DNA of 64,000 bases, taken from assembly GCF_044704955.1 (NCBI RefSeq), contig NC_091984.1, positions 147,498,001 through 147,562,000 on the forward strand. The letters are read 5' to 3'. A model generated the notes under the pieces. The model searched no databases, was not told the DNA's origin, and was given only the letters and a program-made list of their open reading frames with translations. The translations under genes and the position numbers were made by a program. This stretch comes from Pristiophorus japonicus (Eukaryota). Of the stretch, positions 12,476 through 24,239 are shown one piece after another (within the stretch, counting starts at the first letter, position 1; every line of letters starts with the position of its first letter).

Positions 12476-14815
12476 TACCTCTACCACCCTTTCAAGCAGT
12501 GAGTTCCAGACCCCCGCCATCTTCTGGGTGAAGTAATTTCCCCTCAAATCTCCTCTATACCTCCCCCCAATTATTTAAATCTATGCCCCCTGGTTTTTGA
12601 CCCCTCTGCCAAGGAAACCAGGTCCGTCCTATCCACTCTATCCAAGCCCCTCATAATTTTATACACCTCAATCAGGTCTCCCCTCAGCCTCCTCTGTACC
12701 AAAGAAAACAACCCCAGCCTATCCAATCTTTCCTCACAGTTAAAATTCTCCAGTCCAGGCAACATCCTCGTAAATCTCCTCGGTTTAACAACTCATCCGA
12801 AGAAATCGTATTGTTAATTAAACACTGAAGGCAAGAACTTTGAAGTGGTGGGAATACTCAATGTATCAAGACAGGAACATTGTAAACATTGATTGTGACA
12901 TCATGCACTCACAACCTCCCCATAGTATGCACAATGTGAGCACCAGACCAGAGGACAGAACCCAAGGAGATGTGCCCAGCACCAATCCAGGACAATGATC
13001 AATGTAAAGCCAAAGCTGAATGTTATCAGGGCTGCTTTGCCGATGATTGCCCTGTGATCGCGGGCACCAGCAGCACACACACCTCTTGTGGGTACAGTCG
13101 TGTTGTGGTTATGTTGCTGCAGAGCACTCCACAGGCCTGCACTAATAATCCCCACAATCTCACCATGGCCCTTTGGCTATTTCAATTCAGCTCTTTTTTA
13201 AATTCGAGAAACAAAAAGCTGGTCTCAGTAAAAGTGACCACAAAGCTGTCAAATTGTCACAAAAGCCCAATTGGTTCAGTGACGTCCTTTCGGGAAGGAA
13301 ACTTGCCGTCCTTGACACATAAAAGGTTACTGCCCAAGATAAGAGCTCACGGGGTTGTGGGTAATATATTAGCATGGATAGAGGATTGGCTAACTAACAG
13401 CAAACAGAGAGTCGGGATAAATGGGTCATTTTCAGGTCGGCAAAGTGTAATTAATGAGGTGCCGCAGGGATCAGTGCTGGGGCCTCAACTATTTACAACC
13501 TATATAAATGACTTGGATGAAGGGACCAAGTGTAATGTAACCAAATTTGCTGATGTACAAAGATAGGTAGGAAAGCAAGTTGTGAGGAGGACGCAACGAT
13601 TCTGCAAATGGATATAGACAGGCGAAATAAAAGGGCAAAGATTTGTCAGATGGAGTATAATGTGGGAAAATGTGAGGTTATCCACTTTGGTAGGAAAAAC
13701 AAAAAAGCAGATTATTATTTAAATGGGGAGAGATTACAAAATGCTGCGATACAGTTCATTGATATCTTCCTGCAGTCTACAGCTTTCTTCTTCATTATCA
13801 ACCACACAGCCGATTTTAGTATTATCTGCAATCTTCTGAATCATACTCACTACATTGAAGTCTAAATCACTGATATATACCACAAAAAGCAAGGGACCCG
13901 GCATTGAGCCCTGCAGAACCCCACTGGAAACAGCCTTCCAATCACAAAAACACCCATCAACCATTACCCTCTGCTTCCTGCCTCTGAACCAATTTTGGAT
14001 CCAACTTGTCACTTTGCCCTGGATCCCTGGGCTTTTACTTTCATGACAAGTCTGCCATGTGGGACCTTATCAAAAGCCTTGTTAAAATCCATACACACTA
14101 CATGATATGCACTGCCCTCATCGATCCTCCTGGTTACCCCCGCAAAAAATTCAATCAAGTTATTCAGACATGACCTTCCCTTAACAAATCCATGCTGACT
14201 ATCCTTGATTAATCCGTGTTTTGTTCAATGAAGATTCCTCCTATCCCGCCCCCGAGGTTAGGCTGACTGACCTGTAGTGACTCGATCTATCCCTTGCTCC
14301 CTTTTTAAACAAAGGTACCACGTTTGCAGTCCTCCAGTCCTCCGGTACCTGGGATTGCAATGTCAGCATCGCCCCTCTCGGCCAGCTCGGTCAGTAGTGG
14401 TGCTACCGAGACACTCTTGGTGATGGACAGTGAAGTCCCCCACCCAGAGTACATTCTGTGCCCTTGCTACTCTCAGTGCTTCTTCCAAGTGGTGTTCAAC
14501 ATGGAGGAGTACTGATTCATCAGCTGAGGGAGGGCGGGAGGTGGTAATCAGCAGGAGGTTTCATTGCCCGTGTTTGACCTGATGCCATGAGACTTCATGG
14601 GGTCCGGAGTCAATGTTGAGGACTCCCAGGGCCACTCCCTCCCGACTGTATACCACTGAGCTGCCACCTCGGGTGATGGAGGAGTCTGGGACATTGGCTG
14701 AAAGGTCTGATTCTGTGAGTAGGACTATGTCAGGCTGGTGCTTGACTAGTCTGTGGGGCAGCTCTCCCACTTTTGACACAAGTCCCCAGATGTTGGTGAG
14801 GAGGACGTTGCAGGG
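12476..14815. mobile_element. Mosaic of CR1/LINE fragments on both strands (about 12476-12781 -, 13315-13750 +, 13753-14345 -, 14350-14815 -)
   Basis: RT and endonuclease motifs in several ORFs. Confidence 0.75.
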
Positions 14816-15655
14816 TCAGCACTGAGCCTGGGTCCGCTGTCCGAGCCGCTCCGAGCTGCTGTTATTCTGCCTGATTGGACGGTTATTATTAGAGACTCAG
14901 ACCACAGCAGAAATCCCTCGTGCAAAAAATAACTGAAGAGACTGTCAGATCGGAAGAATGAAACTTCACCCACAGAAGAAGTGAAAGAGGGAGGTTGTCA
15001 CAGCTGTACGTTTGTTAATGGCACGGGAGAAAACTGTGAACCGTGCTCACAGCCTCGAATCTTACAGCACAGAAGGAGGCCAAACGGCCCATCATGCCTG
15101 TGCCGGCTCTTTGAAAGAATTACCCAATTAGTCCCACCCCCCCTCTCTTTCCCCGTAACCCAGCAAATTGTTCCTTTTCAAGTATATATCCAATTCCATC
15201 AGCATTAGATTGCCCCTAACCTGGGCACAACATTGGCATCTCATTCATTCACTGGGACAGGAAATGGCTGTTGTGGAAAATAGAGCCCAGGGCTCTGAAC
15301 ATTCCCCCTCCTCTCCGGAGGAAGGCTTCATGCTGGGGTCCAGTTCCATGGCCCTGACAGCAAGTTCTGACCTCACCCACTTCCCCATTCCACATGTGTA
15401 AGCCTGGACCCTCTCAGCACGATATCCGACTGCAGGAGGCCTCACCACTGTGTCCAGCACTGTCCTCACCCGAAACCCACACACAGCCTGCATTGATCTG
15501 GGGCCTTTAACGTGCCAAAAGTCTCAAGACACTTCACATCGCTGCTGTAAGAGTGGGGAGAGTGGGGGTTCAGGGGGCTTTAGGAAGGATGATTGAAGGC
15601 CTGGGTGAAAGGATGGTTTTTGATGAAGGAGAGAGAGCTAGAGTGGGGGAGGGAT

Positions 15656-18121
15656 TAGAACATAAGGAATAAGAGCAGGAGTCGGCCATACGGCCCCTCG
15701 AGCCTGCTCCACCATTTAATATGATCATGGCTGATCTGATAATGGACTCAATTCGACTTCCCTGCCCGTTCCCCATTACCCCTTATTCCCTTATCGGTTA
15801 AGAAACTGTCTATTTCTATCTTAAATTTATTCAATGACCCAGCTTCCACAGCTCTCTGAGGCAACGAATTCCACAAAGTTATAACCCTCTGAGAGAAGAA
15901 ATTCCACCTCATCTCAGTTTTAAATGGGCGGCCCTTTATTCTAAGATTATCCCCTCTCGATCTAGTCTCCCCTATCATTAAAAACATCCTCTCTGTATCC
16001 ACCTTGTTAAACCCCCTCATAATCTTATATGTTTTGATAAGATCACCTCTCATTCTTCTGATTTCCAATGAGTAGAGGCCCAACCTACTCAACCTTTCCT
16101 CATAAATCAATACCCTTATCCCTGGAATCGACCTAGTGAACTTTCTCTGAACTGCCTCCAAAGCAAGTATGTCCTTTCTTAAATATGGAAACCAAAACTT
16201 TATGCAGTGTTCCAGTTGTGGCCTCACCAATACCCGGTATAACTGTAGCAAACACTTCCTTGCATTTATACTCTATCCCCTTTGCAATAAAGGCCAAGAT
16301 TCCATTGGCCTTCCTGATCACTTGCTATACCTGCACACTAACCTTTTGTGTTTCATGTACAGGACCCCCAGGTCCCACTGTACTGCAACACTTTGTTATT
16401 TTTCTCCACATAAATAATAACTTGCTCTTCGATTTTTTTCTGCCAAAGTGTATAACCTCACACTTTCCAACATTATACTCAATCTGCCAAATTTTTGCCC
16501 ACTCACTTAGCCTGTCGATATCCTTTTGCAGCATTTTTGTTTCCTCCTCATACCTTGTTTTTACTCCTATCTTTGTAGCATCAGCAAACTTGGCTACATT
16601 ACACTCGGTCCCGTCTTCCAAGTTGTTAATATAGATTGTAAATAATTGGGGTCGCAGCACTGATCCCTGTAGCACCCCACTAGTTACTGATTGCCAACCC
16701 AAGAATGAAACATTTATCCCAACTCTGATTTCTGTTAGTTAGCCAATCCTCTATCCAAGCTAATATATTTCCCCCAAACCTCATTAACTTCTATCTTGTG
16801 CCTTTTATGTGGCACCTTATTGAGTGCCTTCTGGAAATCCAAATACACCACATCCACTGGTTCCCCTTTATCCACCCTGCTCGTTAAATCCTCAAAGAAT
16901 TCCAGCAAATTTGTCAAACATGACTTCCCCTTCATAAATCCATTCTGACTCTGCCTGACTGAATTATGTTTTTCCAAATGTCCTGCTACTGTTTCTTTAA
17001 TAATGAACTGCAACATTTTCCCAACCACAGATATTAGGCTAACTGATCTATAATTTTCTGCTTTTTGTCTGCATCCTTTTTTTAATAGGGGCATTACTTT
17101 GCAGTTTTACAATCTGCTGGGATCTCCCCAGAATCCAGGGAATTTTGGTAAATTACAATCAATGCATCCACTAACCCTGTCACTACTTCTCTTAAGACCC
17201 CAGGATGTAAGCCATCAGGTCCAGTGGATTTATCCGCCTTTAGTCCCATTATCTTACTGAGTACCACCTCCTTAGTGATTGTGATTGTGTTAAGTTCCTC
17301 CCCCCACTATAAACCCCTGACTATGCACTATTGGGATATTTTTAGTGTCTTCCACTGTAAAGACTGCTTCAAAATATTTGTTCAGAGTTTCTGTCATCTC
17401 CATGTTCCCCATCACTAATTCTCCGGTTTCGTCCTCGAAGGGACCAACATTGACTTTAGCCACTCTTTTCTTTTAGTGTACCGGTAGAAACTTTTGCTAT
17501 CTGTTTTTATATTTTGTGCTAGTTTACTTTCATCTTCCCTTTCTTAATCATTCTTTCGTCATTCTTTGCTGGATTTTAAAAGCTTCCCAATCTTCTGCCC
17601 TCCCACTAGTTTTGGCCACATTGTATGCCCTTTTTTTAAAAAAATTGGATACCGTCCTTTATTTCTTTAGTTAGCCATGGATGGCTATCTTTTCTTTTAC
17701 ACCCTTTTCTCCTCACTGGAATATATTTTTCTTGAGAGTTATTAAATATCTCCTTAAATATACACCACTGTTCATTAACCGTCCTACATTTTAATCTATT
17801 TTCCCAGTCCACTTTAGCCAACTCTGCCCTCATACTTTGTAGTCTCCTTTATTTAAGCTAGGTACGCTTTCTCACCCTCCATCTGAATTTGAAATTCAAC
17901 CATGCTATGATCACTCATTGCAAGGGGATCGTTGACTGGGAGATTGTTTATTAATCCTGTCTCATTACACAGGACCAGATCTAAGATAGCCTGTCCCCTG
18001 GTTGGTTCTGTTACATACTGCTCAAGGAACCCATCCCTTATGCACTCTATGAACTCTTCTTCAACGCTTCCCTGACCAATTTGATTTGTCCCATCAATAT
18101 GGAGGTTAAAATCACCCATTA
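15656..18121 (-). mobile_element. CR1 LINE (endonuclease end through 3' UTR)
   Basis: MGDFN, ILDLVLCNE, YLDFQKA, GVLQGSVL and C-terminal domain. Confidence 0.92.
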
Positions 18122-18795
18122 CAAGTCATACCACGACAACTTCCAGCGCGAGCTGCTCCACGTGAGCAACGGCTTCGAGGTGGGCGATTGGGTGATGTCA
18201 TCAGGACCCAGGTCGCCATTTGGAGCATAGGCAGGAGCATCAGCTGGGCCCAGGTAAAGCAGAGAAGCTGGAAGGTCGCGGCGGAGGTGTGGTGAGTGAT
18301 CGAGGTGGAGGAGCGATGAGGGATCGTGGCTGAGATTCGGTGTGTGATCGTGGCAGAGGTCCGGCAAATGTTTAGTGCGGAGGTGCAGCGGGAGATTGTG
18401 GCAGAGGTCAGGCGAATGTTTAGTGCTGAGGAGCGGCGAGAGATCGTGGCAGAGGTGTGACTAATGAGGGTTCGGAGCCCAAAAGAGCCGAGGGCCCAGG
18501 GGCAGCACGGGCCTGCCCACACTGTGATATGTGTGCGCACTAGGTCCGTGCAGCAGAGCAGGTCTCCAGTCATTCTGGTTTACCCTTGTCACTGGATAAA
18601 GGCCTAGCCCTTTCAAGCCCGTGTGGTGGCTGATGTGCAACAGTCACCACATGTTAAAAAAAATCTACACACAGGCATCTTCCAACCCCTCAATTGCCGT
18701 TCAGGTCTAGAATATCGGGTTCTTCATTGAGACATCTCTGAACTCATTTGGAAACAAGTCATCCTCGTTCGAGGGATCACCGAAGATGGTGATGA
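18122..18795 (+). mobile_element. Non-autonomous retroposon with an RTE-type 3' tail
   Basis: Ends aagtcatcctcgttcgaggga...gatgatg-like tail, also seen inverted near 43500-43540 and 56470-56510. Confidence 0.5.
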
Positions 18796-18909
18796 GTAGG
18801 TCAGTGAGGTCATGGGCAGTAGGTCAGTGAGGTCATGGGCAGTAGGTCAGTGAGGTCAGGGGCAGTAGGTCAGTGAGGTCAGGGGCAGCAGGTCAATGAG
18901 GTCAGGGGC
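18795..18909 (+). repeat. 23-bp minisatellite x5; each unit contains AGGTCA-nnn-AGGTCA (DR3)
   Basis: agtAGGTCAgtgAGGTCA(t/g)gggc read directly five times. Confidence 0.95.
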
Positions 18910-18921
18910 CAATACGTGAGT

Positions 18922-19317
18922 GATGGGGGGGAGAGAGGAGGGGGAGTGAGGGGGAGGGGGGGAGAGAGGAGGGGGAGTGAGAGTGAGGGGGGGGAGGAGA
19001 TGGGGGAGGGAGGGAGTGGAGGGGGGAAGGGGGGAAGGAGGGGAGGGGAAGGGAGGAAGGGGGAGGAGGAGAGGGGAGAGAGGAGGGGGGAGAGAGGGAG
19101 TGGGGGGAGAGAAGAGGGGGAGAGAGAAAGGCAGGTGGAGAGAGAAGGAGGGGAGAGAGAGAAGGGGGAGTGAGAGAGAGAGGGGGGAGAGAGAGAGAGG
19201 GGGGAGAGAGAGAGGGGGGGAGAGAGAGAGGGGGGAGAGGGGGGGAGAAAGGTGGGGGAGAGTGGGGGTGGAAGAGAGGGAGAGAGGAGGGGGAGAGAGA
19301 GGGGGGGAGAAAGAGGG
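18922..19317 (+). repeat. Polypurine G/A low-complexity tract
   Basis: Almost pure G/A, running into an N gap. Confidence 0.9.
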
Positions 19318-19461
19318 NNNNNNNNNNNNNNNNNNNNNNNNNNNNNNNNNNNNNNNNNNNNNNNNNNNNNNNNNNNNNNNNNNNNNNNNNNNNNNNNNNN
19401 NNNNNNNNNNNNNNNNNNNNNNNNNNNNNNNNNNNNNNNNNNNNNNNNNNNNNNNNNNNNN
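19318..19461. other. Assembly gap
   Basis: Run of N. Confidence 1.
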
Positions 19462-19859
19462 GCAGAGGGCGGGCCGAGCGTCGGCGGAGGGAGGGAGGGT
19501 GGCATGAGCGTCTCCGGGGGGAGGGAGGGTAGGAGGGCCGAGCGTCGGCGGGGGTAGGGAGGCACAAACGTCACCGGGAGGAGGCCTGTACGTAAGGGCG
19601 AGGCGTGAAGTTCGGGCCCAAACCTGTGGATGGAGCGGGTTGAGGCTCACAGCCGTTGAGATCACCGGGGATTGGTCGGAGAAGCTGAGTCGGCCAATGG
19701 GGAGTGAGAAATGAGAAGCGAGGGTCCAGCTGGATGGACATGGCAGCAGGCAGGTCGACCTGGAAGGTAGCCTGAATATGGGGGATGGGCAGTGGGACCT
19801 TGTGCACGGGATTTTAGGGCTTTAGGGGTAGGTAAAATACTTTCACCGCAGTCAAGTCC

Positions 19860-21155
19860 ACCAAAGGCCCAAGGCCCCACCCCACTGCTGGCCAAGAACA
19901 GGGAGACACTCACCAAGGACACCGAGGCAGTCAGGACTCACTGGAAGGAGCACTTTGAAGATCTCCTTAATTGAGACTCAGCCTTAGACACGAGTGTCCT
20001 CGACTCCATTCGCAGCATGCTACCCGCGACCTTCTCAGTAAAATCCCAGCCCTGCACGAGGTTGAAACATAGAAACATTGAAAATAGGTGCAGGAGTAGG
20101 CAATTCGGCCCTTTGAGCCTGCACCACCATTCAATAAGATCATGGCTGATCATTCACCTCAGTACCCCTTTCCTGTTTTCTCTCCATACCCATTGATCCC
20201 TTTGGCTGTAAGGGCCATATCTAACACCCTCTTGAATATATCCAATGAATTGGTATCAACAACTCTCTGCGGCAGGGAATTCGACAGGTTAACAACTCTC
20301 TGAGTGAAGAAGTTTCTCCTCATCTCAGTCCGAAATGGCCTACCCACTATCCTGACTGTGTCCCCTGGTTCTGGACTTCCCTAACATTGGGAACATTATT
20401 CCCTGTCCCGTCCCGTCAGAATCTTAAATGATTCTATGAAATCCCCTCTCATCGTTCTAAACTCCAGTGTATAAAGTCCCAGTTGATCCAGCCTCCCCTC
20501 ATATGTCATTTGTCAGCTCAAGAACAACAATGCATCGGGAGCGGATGGAATCGCTGCTGAGGCATTAAAGTATGGCAGAGAGGCATTATTGGCACGAATG
20601 CATAACCTCACCTCTCTCATCTGGAAGGAGGAGAGCATGCCGGGAGATATCCGAGATGCAGCAATCCTGATCCATCTTTGAAAACGGGGACAAGTCCGAC
20701 TGCGGCAACAGCAGAGGAATCTCCCTGTTATCAGCCACTGGGAAAGTCATCGCTAGAATCCTCATCAACCGTCTTCTCCCTGTGGCTGAGGAGCTCCTGT
20801 CGGAGTCACAATGCGGATTCCGTCCACTACGGATACAACGGACATGATATTTACAGCGCAACAACTGCAAGAGAAAAGCAGGGAACAGCACCAACCCTTG
20901 TCCATGGCCTTCTTTGACCTTACAATGGCCTTTGACACTGTTAAACACAAGGGTCTGTGGAGCGTCGTCCTCCGTTTCGGCTGCCCCCAAAAGTTTGTCG
21001 CCATTCTCAGTCTGCTCCACGATGACATGCAGGCCGTGATCCTGACCAATGGATCCATCATAGACCCAATCCACGTCTGGACCTGGATCAAGCATGGCTG
21101 CGTCATCGCGCAAACTCTCTTCTCGATCTTCCTCACTGCAATGCTCCACCTCACA
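19860..21155 (+). mobile_element. RTE-clade LINE RT fragment, interrupted by a minus-strand CR1 3' end (about 20063-20508)
   Basis: HWKEHFEDLLN; DMIFTAQQLQEKSREQHQPL.MAFFDL; IKHGCVIA. Confidence 0.8.
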
Positions 21156-21300
21156 CTATTGGAGGACCAATAGGAAGGGGCCATGTTTCGTGGTCCCTAC
21201 AGGAAGGACAATATAGGAAGGAGCCATGTTTCTTGGTCCATATTGGGGGACCAATCGGAAGGAGCCGTTTTTCCTGGTCCCTATTGGAGGACCAGTGGGA
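21156..21300 (+). repeat. About 42-bp tandem repeat (3.5 copies) with an inverted CCAAT pair
   Basis: CTATTGG-AGGA-CCAATAG-GAAGG..CCATGTTTC.TGGTCC units. Confidence 0.8.
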
Positions 21301-21920
21301 CATGGAGTCCATGGTCGACGTTGAGTGCGACCCTTCCTGTTGTAAATGTGGGATCGTTGGCACCTGATCCCAGTAAAAACACCCTGACCCGGAGCGGGGC
21401 CATGGAAGAAGAAACAGAGGGGAAGGGATTCGAAGATGTTCTGAGCGGACAGGTTGGGGCAGTGGGTCAGACACTGTCCAGTCGCTTCAGCTCACACTGA
21501 TGGGGTGAGGATCTCCTTGCTCTGCTGGGCCTTCATGAAATGTGATTTCTGTCCAAACCGGTCCCCACTGAGAAGAGGCCCACAGCACAGAAAGGCTCTT
21601 AATTGGGCAATAAGCAGCCAGTGTACTGAGAGAGGCCAAGGGATGGCCATTGTGGGGAATAGGCCCTGACTCCAGGAGAAGGCATGGTCTGGGGTCAAGG
21701 GTTAATTGGTGGGGCAGGGCACAGGGAGGTTTACTCTGCAGTTCAGTGTGCTGCACCTGGGAGTCTGTGGGGGAGGGACAGGGAGCGAGAGAGAGGCTGT
21801 GAATCAGAGTCAGAGAGGTGTAGAGGGAAGCTGTGAGACAGAGGGCGATGAAGGCTGAGACAGACAGACAAACAGAGAGACAGAGACAGGGAGAGGGACT
21901 GCGGGAGGGAGAGAAGAGGA

Positions 21921-21969
21921 GGAAGTGAAATGTGCTGACGTTGCTTTCTCTGAGTGAAGACATTTACAT
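21921..21969 (+). promoter_or_regulatory. Ig V promoter elements: EICE GGAAGTGAAA (21921-21930), CRE half-site TGACG (21936-21940), variant octamer ATTTACAT (21962-21969)
   Basis: Motifs read directly, 105-153 nt upstream of the leader ATG. Confidence 0.6.
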
Positions 21970-22073
21970 ACTGAGGGATGGGCAGTGAGACTCTCACAGG
22001 CTGCAGGTTTCTAAAGCAGCGCCAGTGAAGGGCAGTTTATCAGTAAGCAGGCACAGGGACAGGAGCAGAGACC

Positions 22074-22122
22074 ATGATTTCACCCATCCAGCTGATCTGG
22101 CCTCTGGCATTCTGCGTCGCAA
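22074..22122 (+). pseudogene. Ig light-chain leader exon (MISPIQLIWPLAFCVA, phase-1 donor)
   Basis: accATG context; GT at 22123; polypyrimidine-CAG acceptor ending at 22302; continues SISG-DIIM as in shark kappa leaders. Confidence 0.88.
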
Positions 22123-22302
22123 GTACCAATCTCTCTCCTTCCACGTTTAATATCTCCCTGCTGTCGATTCTTTCCAACTCTACTGACCAGTGATTGAAGG
22201 GCAAATGCTGACACTAGAGGAGAGCTCAGTGTCTCGAGCAATCTCTCAATTTACAGCGTCTTTCTAAGACAGTGCTTACTTCACTTTTTTTCCCCATTTC
22301 AG

Positions 22303-23869
22303 GTATCAGTGGGGACATCATCATGCTTGACAAATCTTCTGGAATTTTTTGAGGATGTTTCCAGTAGAGTGGACAAGGGAGAACCAGTTGATGTGGTATA
22401 TTTGGACTTTCAGAAGGCTTTCGACAAGGTCCCACACAAGAGATTAATGTGCAAAGTTAAAGCACATGGGATTGGGGGTAGTGTGCTGACGTGGATTGAG
22501 AACTGGTTGTCAGACAGGAAGCAAAGAGTAGGAGTAAATGGGTACTTTTCAGAATGGCAGGCAGTGACTAGTGGGGTACCGCAAGGTTCTGTGCTGGGGC
22601 CCCAGCTGTTTACACTGTATATTAATGATTTAGACGAGGGGATTAAATGTAGTATCTCCAAATTTGCGGATGACACTAAGTTGGGTGACAGTGTGAGCTG
22701 CGAGGAGGATGCTATGAGGCTGCAGAGCGACTTGGATAGGTTAGGTGAGTGGGCAAATGCATGGCAGATAAAGTATAATGTGGATAAATGTGAGATTATC
22801 CACTTTGGTGGTAAAAACAGAGAGACAGACTATTATCTGAATGGTGACAGATTAGGAAAAGGGGAGGTGCAACGATACCTGGGTGTCATGGTACATCAGT
22901 CATTGAAGGTTGGCATGCAGGTACAGCACGCGGTTAAGAAAGCAAATGGCATGTTGACCTTCATAGCAAGGGGATTTGAGTACAGGGGCAGGGAGGTGTT
23001 GCTACAGTTGTACAGGGCCTTGGTGAGGCCACACCTGGAGTATTGTGTACAGTTTTGGTCTCCTAACCTGAGGAAGGACATTCTTGCTATTGAGGGAGTG
23101 CAGCGAAGGTTCACCAGACTGATTCCCGGGATGGCGGTACTGACCTATCAAGAAAGACTGGATCAACTGGGCTTGTATTCACTGGAGTTCAGAAGAATGA
23201 GAGGGGACCTCATAGAAACGTTTAAAATTCTGACGGGGTGAGACAGGTTAGATGCAGGAAGAATGTTCCCAATGTTGGGGAAGTCCAGAACCAGGGGACA
23301 CAGTCTAAGGATAAGGGGAAGCCATTGAGGACCAAGATGAGGAGGAATTTCTTCACCCCGAGAGTGGTGAACCTGTGGAATTCTCTACCACAGAAAGTAG
23401 TTGAGGCCAATTCACTAAATATATTCAAAAAGGAGTTAGATGGAGTCCTTACTACTAGGGGAATCAAGGGGTATGGTGAGAAAGCAGGAATGAGGTACTG
23501 AAGTTGCATGTTCAGCCATGAACTAATTGAATGGCGGTGCAGGCTAGAAGGGCCGAATGGCCTACTCCTGCACCTATTTTCTATGTTTCTATGACCCAGT
23601 CTCCCCCGGTGATGTCAGTGAGTGAGGGACAGACTGCAAAGATCACCTGTACCGCCAGTGCATACATTGGTGCTGCCCTTGCTTGGTACCAGCAGAAAGC
23701 CGGGCAGAAACCCTCTCTGCTGATCTATGCGGCAACATCTCGTTTCACTGGAACCTCCAATCGCTTCAACGGCAGTTACCAGTCCAACACGTTCACCCTG
23801 AGCATCAGCAACGTGCAGAGCGAGGATGTCGCAGTCTATTACTGTCAGCAATATAACAGCTTCCCTCTA
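22303..23869 (+). pseudogene. IGKV: Kappa-type Ig light-chain V exon, split by a CR1 (5' part 22303-22325, 3' part 23594-23869)
   Basis: DIIM|TQSPPVMSVSEGQTAKITC..LAWYQQK..LLIY..EDVAVYYCQQYNSFPL; both Cys and the Trp are intact. Confidence 0.93.
22326..23593 (+). mobile_element. 5'-truncated CR1 LINE inserted in V codon 4
   Basis: About 305 uninterrupted RT codons ([23 protein letters not shown]); tail tttctatgtttctATG; ATG present at both junctions. Confidence 0.95.
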
Positions 23870-23897
23870 CACTGTGATACACAGCCACACAAAAACC
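23870..23897 (+). promoter_or_regulatory. 12-spacer recombination signal sequence of V
   Basis: CACTGTG + 12 nt (ATACACAGCCAC) + ACAAAAACC. Confidence 0.95.
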
Positions 23898-24239
23898 TCA
23901 ATATACACAGCCCCACCTCCTGTATTGACTAACCCCACAGTTATATATAATATATAATAATGGACACACAGCCCCACCTCCTGTACGGTTTTACACATGA
24001 CTGACACACAGATCGATGGGAGTGATGGCAGGAATATTCAGCTCGAAGCTGCAGTGAATTGGGAAAGGATGGAGTGGGTCAGAGAGGAGTTGGGGCTGTG
24101 TCTTCATCACTGACAATCTCACAGCTCTACTCTGTACATTCAGATAGCACGGAGACACTGGGTGGTCCCTGTGTCCTCAATCCAAATAATCTCACAAACC
24201 CCCCACTATTGAGAGGGCCACAACTTATAAAACCCAAAG

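Noticed and set aside
12782-13160. Cys-rich ORF 12970-13566
   Set aside because: Chimera of unassigned sequence, a SINE piece and a CR1 RT fragment; no splice or domain support.
18856-19665. Long Pro/Ser/Leu and Gly/Glu/Arg ORFs
   Set aside because: Translations of a polypurine tract and an N gap; not genes.
23531-23593. ORF giving the V an alternative N-terminus (MAVQARRAEW...)
   Set aside because: Derived from the CR1 3' UTR, has no signal peptide, is preceded by an in-frame TGA, and offers no phase-1 AG acceptor to rescue leader splicing.
23987-24025. GGTTTTACA as a possible extra J nonamer
   Set aside because: No heptamer at 12 or 23 nt spacing and no J coding motif follows.
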